From: the human T2T-CHM13v2.0 reference genome, Homo sapiens
Assembly: GCF_009914755.1 (NCBI RefSeq)
Contig: NC_060933.1
Reading direction: 5' to 3' (one strand)
Length of the DNA stretch: 64,000 nucleotides
The notes under the pieces are model-generated. The model saw nothing but the letters and a program-made list of their open reading frames with translations. It was not told the origin of the DNA and searched no databases. Positions 18,475 through 35,934 of the stretch are shown here, in pieces. Positions within the stretch are counted from its first letter, which is position 1, and each line of letters starts with the position of its first letter. Position numbers and translations under genes: made by a program.

Positions 18475-19029
18475 TGAATACATAAAATTAGCTATTACTA
18501 CATGATAAAGACAATGTTTGTCAGTCCCCAAAGGGAATATGTCTATTGGGACCATATACCTTATAAAGAATTCCTTAATTCAATGTAAATATAAATACAA
18601 AAATGAATTTTATTAGATAGTTTAAAGACGCATTTCAAGTAAGAATGAATTTAATACAAGGAATTAATGCTTACACAACTAATGGAAGGGCTGTGGGACA
18701 AAGGTCAAGGGAAAAGACTGCTGGGTCTTAGGGGATTAAGAAACTATAGACATCTGAAGAAATTGCCACTAAGGAACTCAGCTGACGGTAGCACTGAATC
18801 AGAGATTTGCCATCTGCCCACCATTGCCAGAAAATAAAATGATCTCCCTTCCATGTTCCAAATGCCACACTAGTACCTTTTATTGAAATAACCTAACTTT
18901 AGAATCCTACTAGTCAGGACTTATTACCATTAACAATCAAAGGACCAGAAACCAATGCAAGACCTTTCCTCTGAGCTATCTGGAAGAGTATTGCCTAATA
19001 AAATATTTATATTTTAATTGTAGAGATGA

Positions 19030-19520
19030 GGTAGTGCTTTTTTTAATGGCTACAAATTCTTTGACACTTCTCTCATCAACAGGTGGGGTCTATATCCTCT
19101 CTTTATCCTAGATTCTTGGAGTCCTGTGGCTGCTTTGAAAATACACTGCCAGAAGTAAAGGCATGTGAGTTGTGCAATAAGGCCAAAAAGACAACAGAGC
19201 TTCCATGTGGCTTTCTTGGATCTTTTGGTCTCAAGACTCCATCTTAGAATCCAGCCACAATATTGAGAGAAGCCCTAGTTGACAGTCTCAGCTAAGCCCA
19301 GTTTTGAGTCATCTTACCCTGGGCATCAAACATGCAAGTAATGAAGCCTTTATATATGTGCCCCCACTGCTTCATTCACCCTCACTATATGAAGCCTGAG
19401 ACATCCTGGGGCAGAGCCAAGCCATCCCTTCAGTACCGTGTCTGAGTTCCTGATCCATGGAATTGGTAAGTATTATAAAATGGTTATTTTACACTACTAA
19501 GTTTGGGGTGGTTTATAATT
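19030..19520 (+). mobile_element. MLT1G/H-like MaLR solo LTR
   Basis: ATGGCTACAAATTCTTTGACACTTC ... AGGTGGGGTCTATATCC at the start and CTACTAAGTTTGGGGTGGTTT ... ACTGAAACA at the end match recalled MLT1G/H. Confidence 0.8.
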
Positions 19521-20719
19521 CAACAGTAGTTACTGAAACAACTCCTGAAAAAATGAGAGAAAAAAAATTGAGGTTGATGGAGACTTAGAAGCTATGGAAT
19601 TCATCCTGAGTATGCCTATTTGAAAGTTATCCCAATGACCTGACAGATGACGTGTATGTACGAAGCTATACAATTAGGCTTACAATTATCTGTTACAAAT
19701 CTGAAGTATTCGTCTTCCTCCATTTTATCCCTTCTTTATATAATCTTAACTCTGGAACCTAAAACTTCAGAGAGAGCAGATTTGGGTCTTCTTTACCCAT
19801 TCCCATATCTTCACCCAAATTACACAGATGAAGGGCAATTTGAATCTTTAACAATTACAGTATTCACAGAAACTGCACAACTTTATCACATTAATTAACT
19901 CTCATCCACATACTCCCAGAGGAGAAGGAGCAAAAATTCCAATTACAGAATCCATTTACTGAACAAAACTGAATTTCTTGTAAGTGGAGCCTATCATATT
20001 TTTCTAAACCCTTCCCTTGAGTTTGACAATTCACAGTTATAACACTTTCTTATGACTAAGTTTCTGTTCTGTTACTTCATCTCACTTTATATACAGATGT
20101 TCTCTTTGATTTTCATCTCTTTGTTCCTTTTGCTCTGCCATCAAAACTGACAGTTATAATAAGCTTTTATGTGACATTGTATGTTTTGAGCACCTAGGGA
20201 TTATACCCATTTATTATTCTGTTCAGCATTCATTAGCACCATCACTCTTTTCTCTATATATTTGAGTGTCCACTGTGTATAAACTGTAGCTTGGTCCTAA
20301 AGCAAAAGATAAAAGTACAGAAAGACCTAGTCTCTTAATTGTAAGGTACTTACTTTCTGATAAAGATAGGAATGTCATAAATATAATAGCATTAATTTTT
20401 AAATAGAAAAACACAAGAAAAGAAAAAGCTGATATAATTTTGAAACAATAAAAATAGTTTTGTAACTTAGGCTCACCTGTAGGACATAGTAGGACCTCTG
20501 TGGCTTCAATTAATAGTCCAAGAAGAATTGAGCTTGAGTTCCCATTTGCTTTCCCACGACTTTATTGAGCAACTAACTTGTGTCAATTAGCATACTCAGA
20601 AGTTTACATTTTTATTTAACTGACTCAGTACTTAAGTTGCCACTTTCAATTTTGGGAAGTGATCCAATAGATCAAATAAAGACAATAAATTTGAGAGTTT
20701 GTTCAAGATAAAGGAGGAG

Positions 20720-21805
20720 TATCAAGGAACCTGCCCCAATAGTCACATAGGTTCTTTTCTATTTTCCCTAAGTGTCAGCCGGCTTGAGAAATAAAGGCAC
20801 AGAGTACAAAAGAGAAAAATTTTAAAGCTGGATATCCAGGGGAGACATCACATGTCGGTAGGTTCCGTGATGCCCCACAAGCTGCAAAAACCAGCAAGAT
20901 TTTATTAGGGACTTTCAAAAGGGGAGGGAGTGTGCGAATAGGTGTGGGTCACAGACATCAAGTACTTTACAAGGTAATAGAATATCACAAGGCAAATGGA
21001 GGCAGGGCAAGATCACAGATCACAGGACCACAGGACCGGGGCGAAATTAAAATTGCCAATGAAGTTTCGGGCACCATTGTCACTGATAACATCTTATCAG
21101 GAGACAGGGTTTTGAGAGCAACCAGTCTGACCAAAATTTGTTAGGTGGGAATTTCCTCTTCCTAATAAGCCTGGGAGCACTATGGGAGACTAGGGTCTAT
21201 TTCACCCCTACAGCCTCGACCATAGAAGATGGGCACACCTAGGTGGGGCGTTTATAGACCTATACCCCCAGGCGCGTATTCTGTTTCCCAGGGATGTTCC
21301 TTGCTGAGAAAAAGAATTCAGCGATATTTCTCCCATTTGCTTTTGAAAGAAGAGAAATATGGCTCTGTTCCGCCCGGCTCACCGGCAGTCAGAGTTTAAG
21401 GTTATCTCTCTTATTCCCTGAACAACTGCTGTTATCCTGTTCTTTTTTCAAGGTGCCCAGATTTCATATTTGTTCAAACACACATGCTCTACAATTTGTG
21501 CAGTTAATGCAATTATCACGTGGTCCTGAGGTGACATACATCTTCCTCAGCTGACAGGATTAAGAGATTAAAGTAAAGACAGGCATAGAAAATCACAAGG
21601 GTATTGATTGGGGAAGTGATAAGTGTCCATGAAATCTTCACAATTTATGTTTAGAGACTGCAGTAAAGACAGGCATAAGAAATTATAAAAGTATTAATTT
21701 GGGGAACTAATAAATGTCCATGAAATCTTCACAATCTATGTTCTTCTCAAACGGAGAGACTGGCTGAAGCCATGGCAGAAGAACATGGATTGACTTCCCG
21801 CAACA
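20720..21805 (-). mobile_element. MER11 (HERV-K11/HML-8) solo LTR, 1086 bp
   Basis: Ends in GACTTCCCGCAACA, the reverse complement of the MER11 start TGTTGCGGGAAGTC. Carries the characteristic ~90 bp internal repeat. Perfect 6 bp TSD GAGGAG (20714-20719 / 21806-21811), as expected for a betaretrovirus-like integrase. Confidence 0.95.
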
Positions 21806-21955
21806 GAGGAGGGTTGGTTCAAAGGCAAACAATTTCGGAGTGATAGTGGTACACTTACAGGCAATAAATCAATTAAAAGCAGAATCTTAGTCCAATGTAC
21901 TGACCACCAACTATGTAGTAGAAACTGTGTTAAACCTGGAGATAAAAGATGGTTA

Positions 21956-22270
<315 letters not shown>

Positions 22271-22479
22271 GATGGTTAATCCATAGCCCCTACCTACAAA
22301 GTTATAGATACCACGAGATAGATATAAATATATATAAGGTCAAGTAGATATGCAAAAACAGAAAAGTCTAGCCCCAGAAGACAGATAAATAGGACAGGTA
22401 CAAAATGTATTCAATGACCCAAAGAACTGTGAAATAGTTTAGGATAGTACTGCATTCTCTAAAAGTAAACTAGCTAATT

Positions 22480-23920
22480 TAAAACCCAAATGGATACTAA
22501 TAACATATGTGAATATCAAAAACATTATGTTTAACAAAATAATAAAGGTATAAATTAGTAAATGCTATATTATTTCACTTATAAGAAGTTCAAGAATGGG
22601 AAAACTAATCTTTGTTGAAGGAAGTCATAACAGTGGTTCTTCTGTAGAGTATCGACTGGAAAGAAGTACAAATGAATTTTCTCGGGTGATGAAATATTTT
22701 GTTTGAGTGTTGGTTACAAAGCCGTATGTATTTGTCAAAACACATTAAATTGTTCATGCAAGGTCTCAATCTATTAGTCTCTGCTTTATGCTTGGCTTCT
22801 CAGCCTCTCAGTTCTAGGCGCATTACCTTAGCAAATTCTGTAAGGGTAAGTACAGTAGAGAATATTTTATTCATCACAGTGTATTTCCCTTCTATCCAAT
22901 AACTGAGTCCCTCAAGTCTTGAAGGACATGATAGCTCAGCAATACCTTCGAAATATCCACTTTGTACTACTATTATCATTGTATCCTACTGTTTCTATTT
23001 TGTTTTATCAAGATACAAGCTAGTCCATCCCATCTAGAAGTAGAGGTCTAAAATAGATTTTTTAATGTTTTGCCAACTGAGGAGCCATATGGAAAAAGAT
23101 AAAATTGAATCTGTTCTTCACACTACACACCTGTGTGAATATCAAGTGGATCAGAATAACAAATCACATAAGCAGTAGGAAAAAACATGGATGAATTCCT
23201 TTATAAACCAAGGGTAGATGAAACTTTCCTTTGACTCTCTAAAGTATTATAAAACAACTTGATAAATTTGACTACGTAAAAATTAAAAACACAAAAAGTT
23301 ACATTATAAAACACCATATAAAAGGGAAAAAGTAATAATGAACTGATAAAAATGTTTGTAATTTATATGTTTTCATATCCCTAATAAAGCACTCCTAATA
23401 ATTAAAAAGAAAATGATCAAGCCTGTAATACAAAAAATTGTTGAGTAATATGAAGAGAGACCACAAAAGAAAAAATTAGGAAGACATTAAATATATATAC
23501 ACACACATATGCATGTGTGTATGATGTTCGCTCTCATTTATAAGTAGGAAAATGGCGATCGTAAACTGTATTATGTAGATTTAATTTTAATACTAATATT
23601 AGCATTTTTATTTTTAAACTATGTTATGTTTCTGTTTTTAAAGTATGTTGTGGGATAAAGTGAATAATTATGTTAATGCCAATAAAAACAAGAATTTTTA
23701 ATTTGAGAAAAAAATAAGTACAAGAAAAATAAAATTTCACATCTTAATATTGAATTGGAAATATTAAGGTAAAAATATTTTATCTCTTTCATTTTAAAAA
23801 TACATATTGCCTGTTTCTGTCTACTAGAAAGGCCTAGAATCTGTGGCGACTCAGGAGCAATGAGCACCCCTAGCATAAAGGTTATGGTCTCTAATACTAA
23901 TGCTCTACTTAAAGGAAAAA
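22480..23920 (+). mobile_element. Highly diverged L1ME/L1MC-type fragments
   Basis: Degenerate L1 ORF2 end and 3' UTR motifs (GGAAAACTAATCT, GGTGATGAAATATTTTGT, GATAAATTTGACTACGTAAAAATTAAAAAC, GAGCACCCCTAGC). Boundaries approximate. Confidence 0.65.
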
Positions 23921-25356
23921 TAAGTACTCAAGAGAGTTTTTCAATCTGAAATGAAAGGAAGTTAATTAGTAACATAAGAGCATATAAAAGTATAAAACTC
24001 ACTGGTAAAATTAAGTATGTAGTCAAATTCAGAATACTGTGATACTCTAATGATAGTGTATAAATTACTTGTGGCTCCAGTATAAAGGCTAGAGGAAAAA
24101 AATTAAAAATATAGCAATAATAATATATTTATGGATACACAATATAAAAAGATGTAAATTGTGACATCAAAAGCATACAATGAGGGGGAAGGGTAAAGTT
24201 TTGGTATGTAATTACTATTCCTATGAACTTAAAATAGTTAGATAGTAAGACATTTTATGTAAGTCTTTTATAACCACAAAACAAAAACCTATAGTAGATA
24301 TATGAAAGATAAAGAGAAAGGAATCAAAGGAAACCACTACAGAAAATCATCAAATCAAAAGGAAGAAAAGCAAGACAGTAAGAAAGGAACAAAAAATCCA
24401 CAAAATAGAAAATAATTAACGAACAATAATAAATTCTTACGTATCAATAATTACCTTCAATGTATATGGATTAAATTATCCAATCAAAAGATATGGAGTG
24501 GCCAAACCGATTAAAAAAAACACACACACAAAAACTACATGCTGTCTACAAGAGACTCACTTCTGCTTCAAGAACACACACAGACTGAAAGTTTAGAGAT
24601 GGAAAACAACATCCCTTGCAAACAGAAAAAGAGCAGCGGCAGCTATACTTATATCAGACAAAATATGCTTTAAGGTAAAAAGTGTAAAAACAATAAAAAA
24701 GGACATTTAATAATGATAAAAGCATTGATTCTTTAAGGAGATATAACAATTATAAATAATATGCACCAATCATAGCACCTAAATATATAAAGTACATATT
24801 AATCGATCTGAAGGGAGAAATTGACAGTGATACAATAATAGTAGTAGGCTTGAATACCCTACTTCTAATAATGAATAGATCATCCAGACAGAAAATCTGT
24901 AAGAAAATACTAGACTTGAGAAACACTTTGGAACAAATAGACCTAACAGACATATACAAAACATTCCATCCAACAGCAACAGAATAAACATTATTCTCAA
25001 GCACACAGAAAACATTCTCCAGGCTAAGTCATATGTTAGACCACAAAATAAGCCTTAGCCAATCTAAGAAAACTCAAATTATATCAAGTAACTTTTCTGA
25101 CCAAAATAGTATGAAATCAGAAGTCAATAACAGGAATATTTTGGGAAAGTTCACAAATATATGGAAATTACATAACACATTCCTGTATAATCAACGGGGA
25201 AGAGAAGAAATTAAGAGAAAAATTTAAAAATAATACCTTGAGACAAACAAAACTAAAAACATAACATACCAAACTTGTGGATTCTGCAAACGCAGTTCTA
25301 AGAGGGAAGTTTATAGCAATAAACACCTACATGAAGAAAAAGAAAGATGTCAAATA

Positions 25357-25662
25357 GGCTGGGCACAGTGGCTCATGCCTGTAATCCCAGCACTTTGGGA
25401 GGCCGAGGCAGGCGGATCATGAGGTCAGGAGATCGAGACCATCCTGGCTATCATGGTGAAACCCCATCTCTACTAAAAATACAAAAAATTAGCCCGGCAT
25501 AGTGACAGGCGCCTGTAGTCCCAGCTACTCAGGAGGCTGAGGCAGACGAATGGCGTGAACCCAGGAGGCAGAGCTTGCAGTGAGCCCAGATTGGGCCACT
25601 GCACTCCAGCCTGGGCAACAGAGCGAGACTCCACCTCAAAAAAAAAAAAAAAAAAAAAAAAC
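25357..25662 (+). mobile_element. AluY
   Basis: Y diagnostics (GAGATCGAGACCATCCTGGCTA, GAATGGCGTGAACCC, GAGCTTGCAGTGAGC). TSD AAGATGTCAAATA (25344-25356 / 25663-25675). Confidence 0.97.
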
Positions 25663-27226
25663 AAGATGTCAAATAAACAACCTAACATTACACTTCAAGT
25701 AAGTAGTAAAAGAAGAATAAACTAAGCTTGAATTTAATAGAAAGAAGGAAATAACAAAGATCAGAAAAGAAAAAATGAAATAGAAACTAGAAAAACATTA
25801 GAAAAGATCAATGAAACCAACAGTTTTTTAAAAACATAACCTACATTGACAAATCATCAGCTAAAGACTCAAATAAATAAAATTAGAAATGAAAGATGAC
25901 ATAACCACTGATATCACAAAAATACAAAAATCATGAGACTACTATGAACAAGTATATGCCAACTAATTAGATAACCTAGAAGAGATGAATGTTCTAGAAA
26001 CATACAAACTACCAAGATTGACTCATGAAAAAATAGAAAATTTAAGTAAACCTAAAATTGGTAAGAATATTAAATTAGTAAATAAGCACTCTCAACAAAA
26101 AGAACCTCGAGATCAGATGGCTTCAATGATCCACCAAATATTTAAAGAATTAATGTCAATACCTCTAAACTTCGAAAACAATTGTAGAAGAAGGAGCACT
26201 TACAAACACATTTTATGAGACCAGCATAACCTGCCACTAATACCAGATAAGGACAATATAAGAAAAGAAAATTACAAGCCAATATCCAAAATTAAAAGCC
26301 AGTTAAGGAAAACAATAAGAAAAGAAAATTACAAGCCAGTATTTCTGATGAACATAGTTGCAAAATACTACATCAAACCAAGTTCAACAATGCGTTAAAA
26401 GGATCATATGCCACGATCAAGTGATATTTGTTCCTGGGTTACAAGGATGTTTCAACATACGCAAATCAATAAATGTGTTATGCCACATTAACAGAATAAA
26501 GGACAAAAATTATATAATCACCTCAAAAGACACAGAAAAAGCATTTGACTAAATCCAACAACATTTCACGATCTTAAAACTTTCACAAATTAGATATACA
26601 AGGAATGTTCCTCAACACAGTAAAGGCCATATACTACAAGCCCAAGAGCTAACATCATATTCAATGAAAAAAAAAAGGAATCTTATCCTCTAAGAATAAG
26701 AAAAAGACGAAGATGCCAACTCTTGTCACTTTTACTGAACATAGTATTGGAAGTCCTGGTCAGATACATTAGTCAAGAAACGAAAAAAATGGGCATCCAA
26801 ATTGGACAGGATGAAATAAAATTGTCTGTTTGCAGATAACATAATTTTAAACATATATATATGAAGAATTTCACCAAAAACCTGTTAGAATAAAGATATT
26901 CAGTAAAGCTGCAGGATACAAAATCAGCAAACAAAAATCACCATACAACAATGAGCTATCTCACAATTAAATTTTTAAAAATCCCATTTACAGTTGCATT
27001 AAAAAGAATAAAATACCTAGAAATAAATTTAACCCATCCATGAGTTGAACACTACAAAATATTAATGAAAGAAATTGAAGAAGACACAAAAAATTGAAGG
27101 ACATCTCATGTTCATGGATTAGAAGACTCAATGTTGTCTAAATGTCTATACTACCCACAGTGATCTATAGATTCAATGCAATCCCTATCAAAATTTCAAA
27201 GGCATATTTTACAAAAATAAAAAATA

Positions 27227-27799
27227 CCTTGCTCGATTGGGGAAGTTCTCCTGGATAATATCCTGCAGAGTGTTTTCCAACTTGGTTCCATTCTCCCTGT
27301 CATTTTCAGGTACAACAATCAGATGTAGATTTGGTCTTTTCACATAGTCCCATATTTCTTGGAGGCTTTGCTCGTTTCTTTTTATTCTTTTTTCTCTAAA
27401 CTTCCCTTCTCACTTCATTTCATTCATTTCGTCTTCCATCACTGATACCCTTTCTTCCACTTGATCACATCGGCTCCTGAGGCTTCTGCATTCTTCACGT
27501 AGTTCTCGAGCCTTGGCTTTCAGCTCATTCAGCTCCTTTAAGGACTTCTCTGTGTTGTTTATTCTGGTTATGCATTCGTCTAATTTTTTTTCAAAGTTTT
27601 TAACTTCTTTGCCATTGGTTTGAATTTCCTCCTGTAGCTCGGAGTAATTTCATCATCTGAAGCCTTCTTCTCTCAGCTCGTCAAAGTCATTTTCCGTCCA
27701 GCTTTGTTCCGTTGCTGGTGAGGAGCTGTGTTCCTTTGGAGGAGGAGAGGTACTCTGCTTTTTAGAGTTTCCAGTTTTTCTGCTCTGTTTTTTCCCCAT
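27227..27799 (-). pseudogene. L1 ORF1p N-terminal half (inverted segment), disrupted
   Basis: ATG at 27799-27797. MGKKQSRKTGNSKKQSTSPPPKEHSSSPATEQSWTENDFDELREEGFR, then a premature stop. Confidence 0.93.
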
Positions 27800-27803
27800 C
27801 TTT

Positions 27804-28271
27804 GAGAACTTCCCCAATCTAGCAAGGCAGGCCAAAATTCAGATTCAGGAAATACAGAGTAAGTCACAAAGATACTCCTTGAGAAGAGTAACTCCAAGAC
27901 ACATAATTGTCAGATTCACCAAAGTTGAAATGAAGGAAAAAATGTTAAGGGCAGCCAGAGAGAAAGGTCGGGTTACCCACAAAGGGAAGCCCATCAGACT
28001 AACAGCTGATCTCTCAGCAGGAACTCTGCAAGCCAGAAGAGAGTGGGGGCCAATACTCAACATTCTTAAAGAAAAGAATTTTCAAACCAGAATTTCATAT
28101 CCAGCCAAACTAAGCTTCATAAGTGAAGGAGAAATAAAATCCTTTACAGACAAGCAAATGCTGAGAGATTTTGTCACCACCAGGCCTGCCCTAAAAGATC
28201 TCCTGAAGGAAGCACTAAACATGGAAAGGAACAACTGGCACCAGCCACTGCAAAAACATGCCAAAATGTAA
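27804..28271 (+). pseudogene. L1 ORF1p C-terminal half
   Basis: TPRHIIVRFTKVEMKEKMLRAAREKGRVTHKGKPIRLTADLS ... MERNNWHQPLQKHAKM*. Confidence 0.95.
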
Positions 28272-28334
28272 AGACCATCAAGGCTAGGAAGAAACTGCAT
28301 CAACTAACGAGCAAAATAACCAGCTAACATCATA

Positions 28335-32150
<3,816 letters not shown>

Positions 32151-33473
32151 ACAATGAGAACACATGGACACAGGAAGGGGAATATCACACTCCGGGGACT
32201 GTTGTTGGGTGGGGGGACGGGGGAGGGATAGCATTAGGAGATATACCTAATGCTAAATGACGAGTTACTGGGTGCAGCACACCAACATGGCACATGTATA
32301 CATATGTAACTAACCTGCACATTGTGCACATGTACCCTAAAACTTAAAGTATAAAAATAATAAAATAAAATAAATATCATGGTAAAATTCATATGGAATC
32401 ACAAAAGTCTCTGAGTAGCTAAAGCAATCTTGAGCAAGAGGAATAAAGCTGGGAGCATCAAATTTCCTGATTTCAAATCATATCACAAATATGTGATAAT
32501 CAAAACAATATAGTATTGGCATAAAAACAGATACATACAGCAGTGGAACAGAATAAAAAGTGCAGAAATAAACTCACACATATATGGTCAACTTATCTTT
32601 GACAAAGGCATCAAGAATATACAACAGAGAGAACACCGTCTCTTCAATAGACAGTGTGTGTTAAACTGTTTATCCACATGCAGAAAAATAGTAATTGAAT
32701 CCTTAAATTACACCATGCACAGAAATCAACTCACCAATGAATTGAAGATTTAAATATAATACCTGAAACTGTAAAACTCCTATAAGAAAATCTGAGAGAA
32801 AAGCTCCATCACATTAGATTTTTTGGATAGAATATAAAAAACACAGGGAACAAAAGCAAAAATTAACAAGTGGGACTACATCAAACCAAAATATTTCTGC
32901 ACTCATAACAACCAACAAAATGAAAATGCCACCCACAGAATGAGAGAAAAGATTTGGAAACCCTATATGCAATGAAAGGTTACTATCTAAACTATATGAA
33001 GAACTCATACAAGTCAATAGTACAAAAATAAACAACATGGTGGAAAATTAGTCAAAGTAGACATTTTTCCAAGGACAAGATACAAATGGTCAATAGGTAT
33101 ATGAAAAAGTGTTCAACGTCACTAATTATCAGGGAAATTCAAATCAAAATCACAAGATATCAACTCACACGTTAGGATCGCTATTATGAAAAAGAAATCA
33201 AAAAATAAGTGTTGGTGAGGATATGGAAAAAAGAAAACCCTTGTGCAGTGTTGGTGGAAATGTAAATTGGTACAGCCACTATGGAAAACAGTATAAAGTT
33301 TCCTCAAATAAGTACAATTACCATATGATCCAGAAATCCCATTTCTGATGATCCATTTAAGAAAATAAATCATTATCTGAAAGAGAAATCTGCACTCTCG
33401 TACTCAGTGAAGAATTATCCACAATGTCCAAGATATGGAAACAACCTAAGTCCATGGACAGATAAATGGATAA

Positions 33474-33477
<4 letters not shown>

Positions 33478-33518
<41 letters not shown>
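33478..33518. repeat. (CA)n microsatellite in L1
   Basis: Read directly. Confidence 0.93.
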
Positions 33519-34219
33519 GAACATTATTCAGCCTTTAAAAAGAAGAAAATTCTGCCATTTGCAATAACACGGATGTACCTGAGAATACTGTGCTAAATGA
33601 AATAAATAAACCAACAAAGAAAGACAAATACTGCATTACTTCACTTATATGTGGAATCTAAAAACATCAATCTCATAGAAACAAAGACTAGAAGGATAGT
33701 TAACAGGGTATAGGGGATGGCAACAATAGAGAGATGTTGCTCAAAGGATGTAGACTTGCAATGGTAAGTTCTGGATACCTAAGTACAGCATGGTGATTAG
33801 AATTAATAGTAATATATTGTATACTTAAAATTTACTAAGAGAGTAAACCTTAAGTATTCTCGTCATGAAAAGTAACTACGTGAGGTGACAGATATGTTAA
33901 TTAGCTTGATTGTGGTAATCATTTCACAATGTATATGTATGTCAAAACATGTACAAAATAATATGCCTTGAATGTATACAATTTTTACATGTCATTTGTA
34001 CCTCAGTGAAGTTTGGGGAAAAAAGATAGTTAAGAAACATAACAACCATTTGCAATGAGGAGAACTTATTAAAGAAAATCAAGTCTGAAAAGATATTTTT
34101 GAAATGACTGAAGGTATGTTAACATGCATTTGCTATTCTACATTACTAGGGAATTATTGTTAACTTTGTTAGGTGTAATAATGGCTTTGTAATTATGTGA
34201 GAAAATACTTGTTTAGAAA

Positions 34220-34330
34220 ATATATATATACATATATGTATATTTTTTTTGTAAACATACACAATTTTTTGTATCTCTGTGTATATATATATGTGTGTGT
34301 ATATAGATACATATACATATATATATATAC
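34220..34330. repeat. Degenerate (TA)n/(TG)n low-complexity tract
   Basis: Read directly. Confidence 0.85.
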
Positions 34331-35934
34331 AGAAGTGGATTTAAATGACATAATGTATTTGTCAGTGTTAAGTAATGCCTTTGTCTCATTACATCATTTT
34401 GAATAAATTGAAATTTTAAACTGTCTTAAATTATGTATTAGTGACTAATATAATTCTTTTTGTGACTTGTTTATTTATAGAACTCAATTTCTAGCTAATC
34501 TTGAGGTGCGATAGTTCATAGTTCTGAATAATTCATTTATAGGAGACAGGAAATTGGTTTACAATTAACTCCTGTTAGGATGTGTGGCATTATCATTTTC
34601 TATATTGCATTCCCATTAAATAATTTATCTCCAATAACTGACTTTTATCCATGAATCACTGTATAATGGAAACCCTTTCGTCATCCAAGAAAAGGGGCAG
34701 TGCAGTACGCTATGTTTAAACTAATAAATCGACAGTTTTCAATGGATGGAATCGAAACTCTGAGATAAATGGAAATAGTCCCCAAGGACAGTCAAATGTG
34801 ACTTTCTGCAGATGGCTGCACAGAATGACACTTCATAAAACATCATTTCTCTGCTAAGCTGCACAGCATCTATGGTGCTTCAAACATATTGTTTATCTCA
34901 TCAAAGGGAGCAGGTTCTAAAGGTAAGAACTGAACAAGTGCCACTGCTGAGGAAACAGAGCAGATGGCCCATCTATGATGGTCTGCCTTCACTTGATGAG
35001 AGTCTGCTCCAATCTCAAACAGGCCCATTGCCAATTAAAAGAGGTCTTGGCTGAGGGATCTTTACTTTCCTGTGACACATAATTCACTTGTCCATTTTCT
35101 CAGACTCCTGCCCACCAACAAGTTTCATCACTGCCCCCTCCAGAAATTAAGAGGTTCGTTATGACCAGTTGTGTGATACGTCCCATTGATACTTGCTTGT
35201 AAATGTCTGGATGTCACCCAAACTTCTCACTTTAGTGTCCGGCTGCATTTTATTTTAAGACTCTTTCTAGCTTAATTGCTAACAAGGACATGTGTCCATG
35301 CTTTGTAAAAGAACTTCAAGTTCATGGATTAAACGTAAGAAAATTTATTGGACTTCCTTCTACCACAAAATACACTTTATTAACTACTCTTTTCAAACAA
35401 CTTTAGCATTGAAACATTTTAAGTTAGTCAAAATCATTTAAGTTTTCATAAAAACAGATAAAAACATTTTATGATTAGAAGGCATATGTGAACTTTCAAA
35501 CTTCAGGATCCTGAACTCCAATGTTGTTTAAGGAAGACGATCCTAAGTCTGAAGAAGACTATCCCAATCAAATGTCCAGTACCAAGAACCACGTATCTAT
35601 ATTGGGATATTTTCTGTTTGCGAGAGGATCCTAAGACCAGGTTAGTCAGATCTTGACAGTTACTAGACAACCTGAGTTACCTAGAGCAAGTTTTGAGCTA
35701 CATGGCAAAGGAATGGGCCAAAACCATGCCACATCTGGAGATAAACCTGAGGGAAATAGTAAACCAGGAGAGAACAGTGGTTTGGATACACAGAGTGGAG
35801 AAGAAGTGAGGTATACATACAGAATTAAATCAGCTCTAAAATTTAATCAAAAGGAGATTCTGATCCTGTGTTGCTTTAAAATTTTGGTATCTTTTTTCTC
35901 GAAGTTGGGGCACTTTCCTACCACATCCCAAATT

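Noticed and set aside
21573-21742. ~90 bp two-copy tandem repeat
   Set aside because: Intrinsic to the MER11 LTR consensus. Not a CRISPR-like array or a new duplication.
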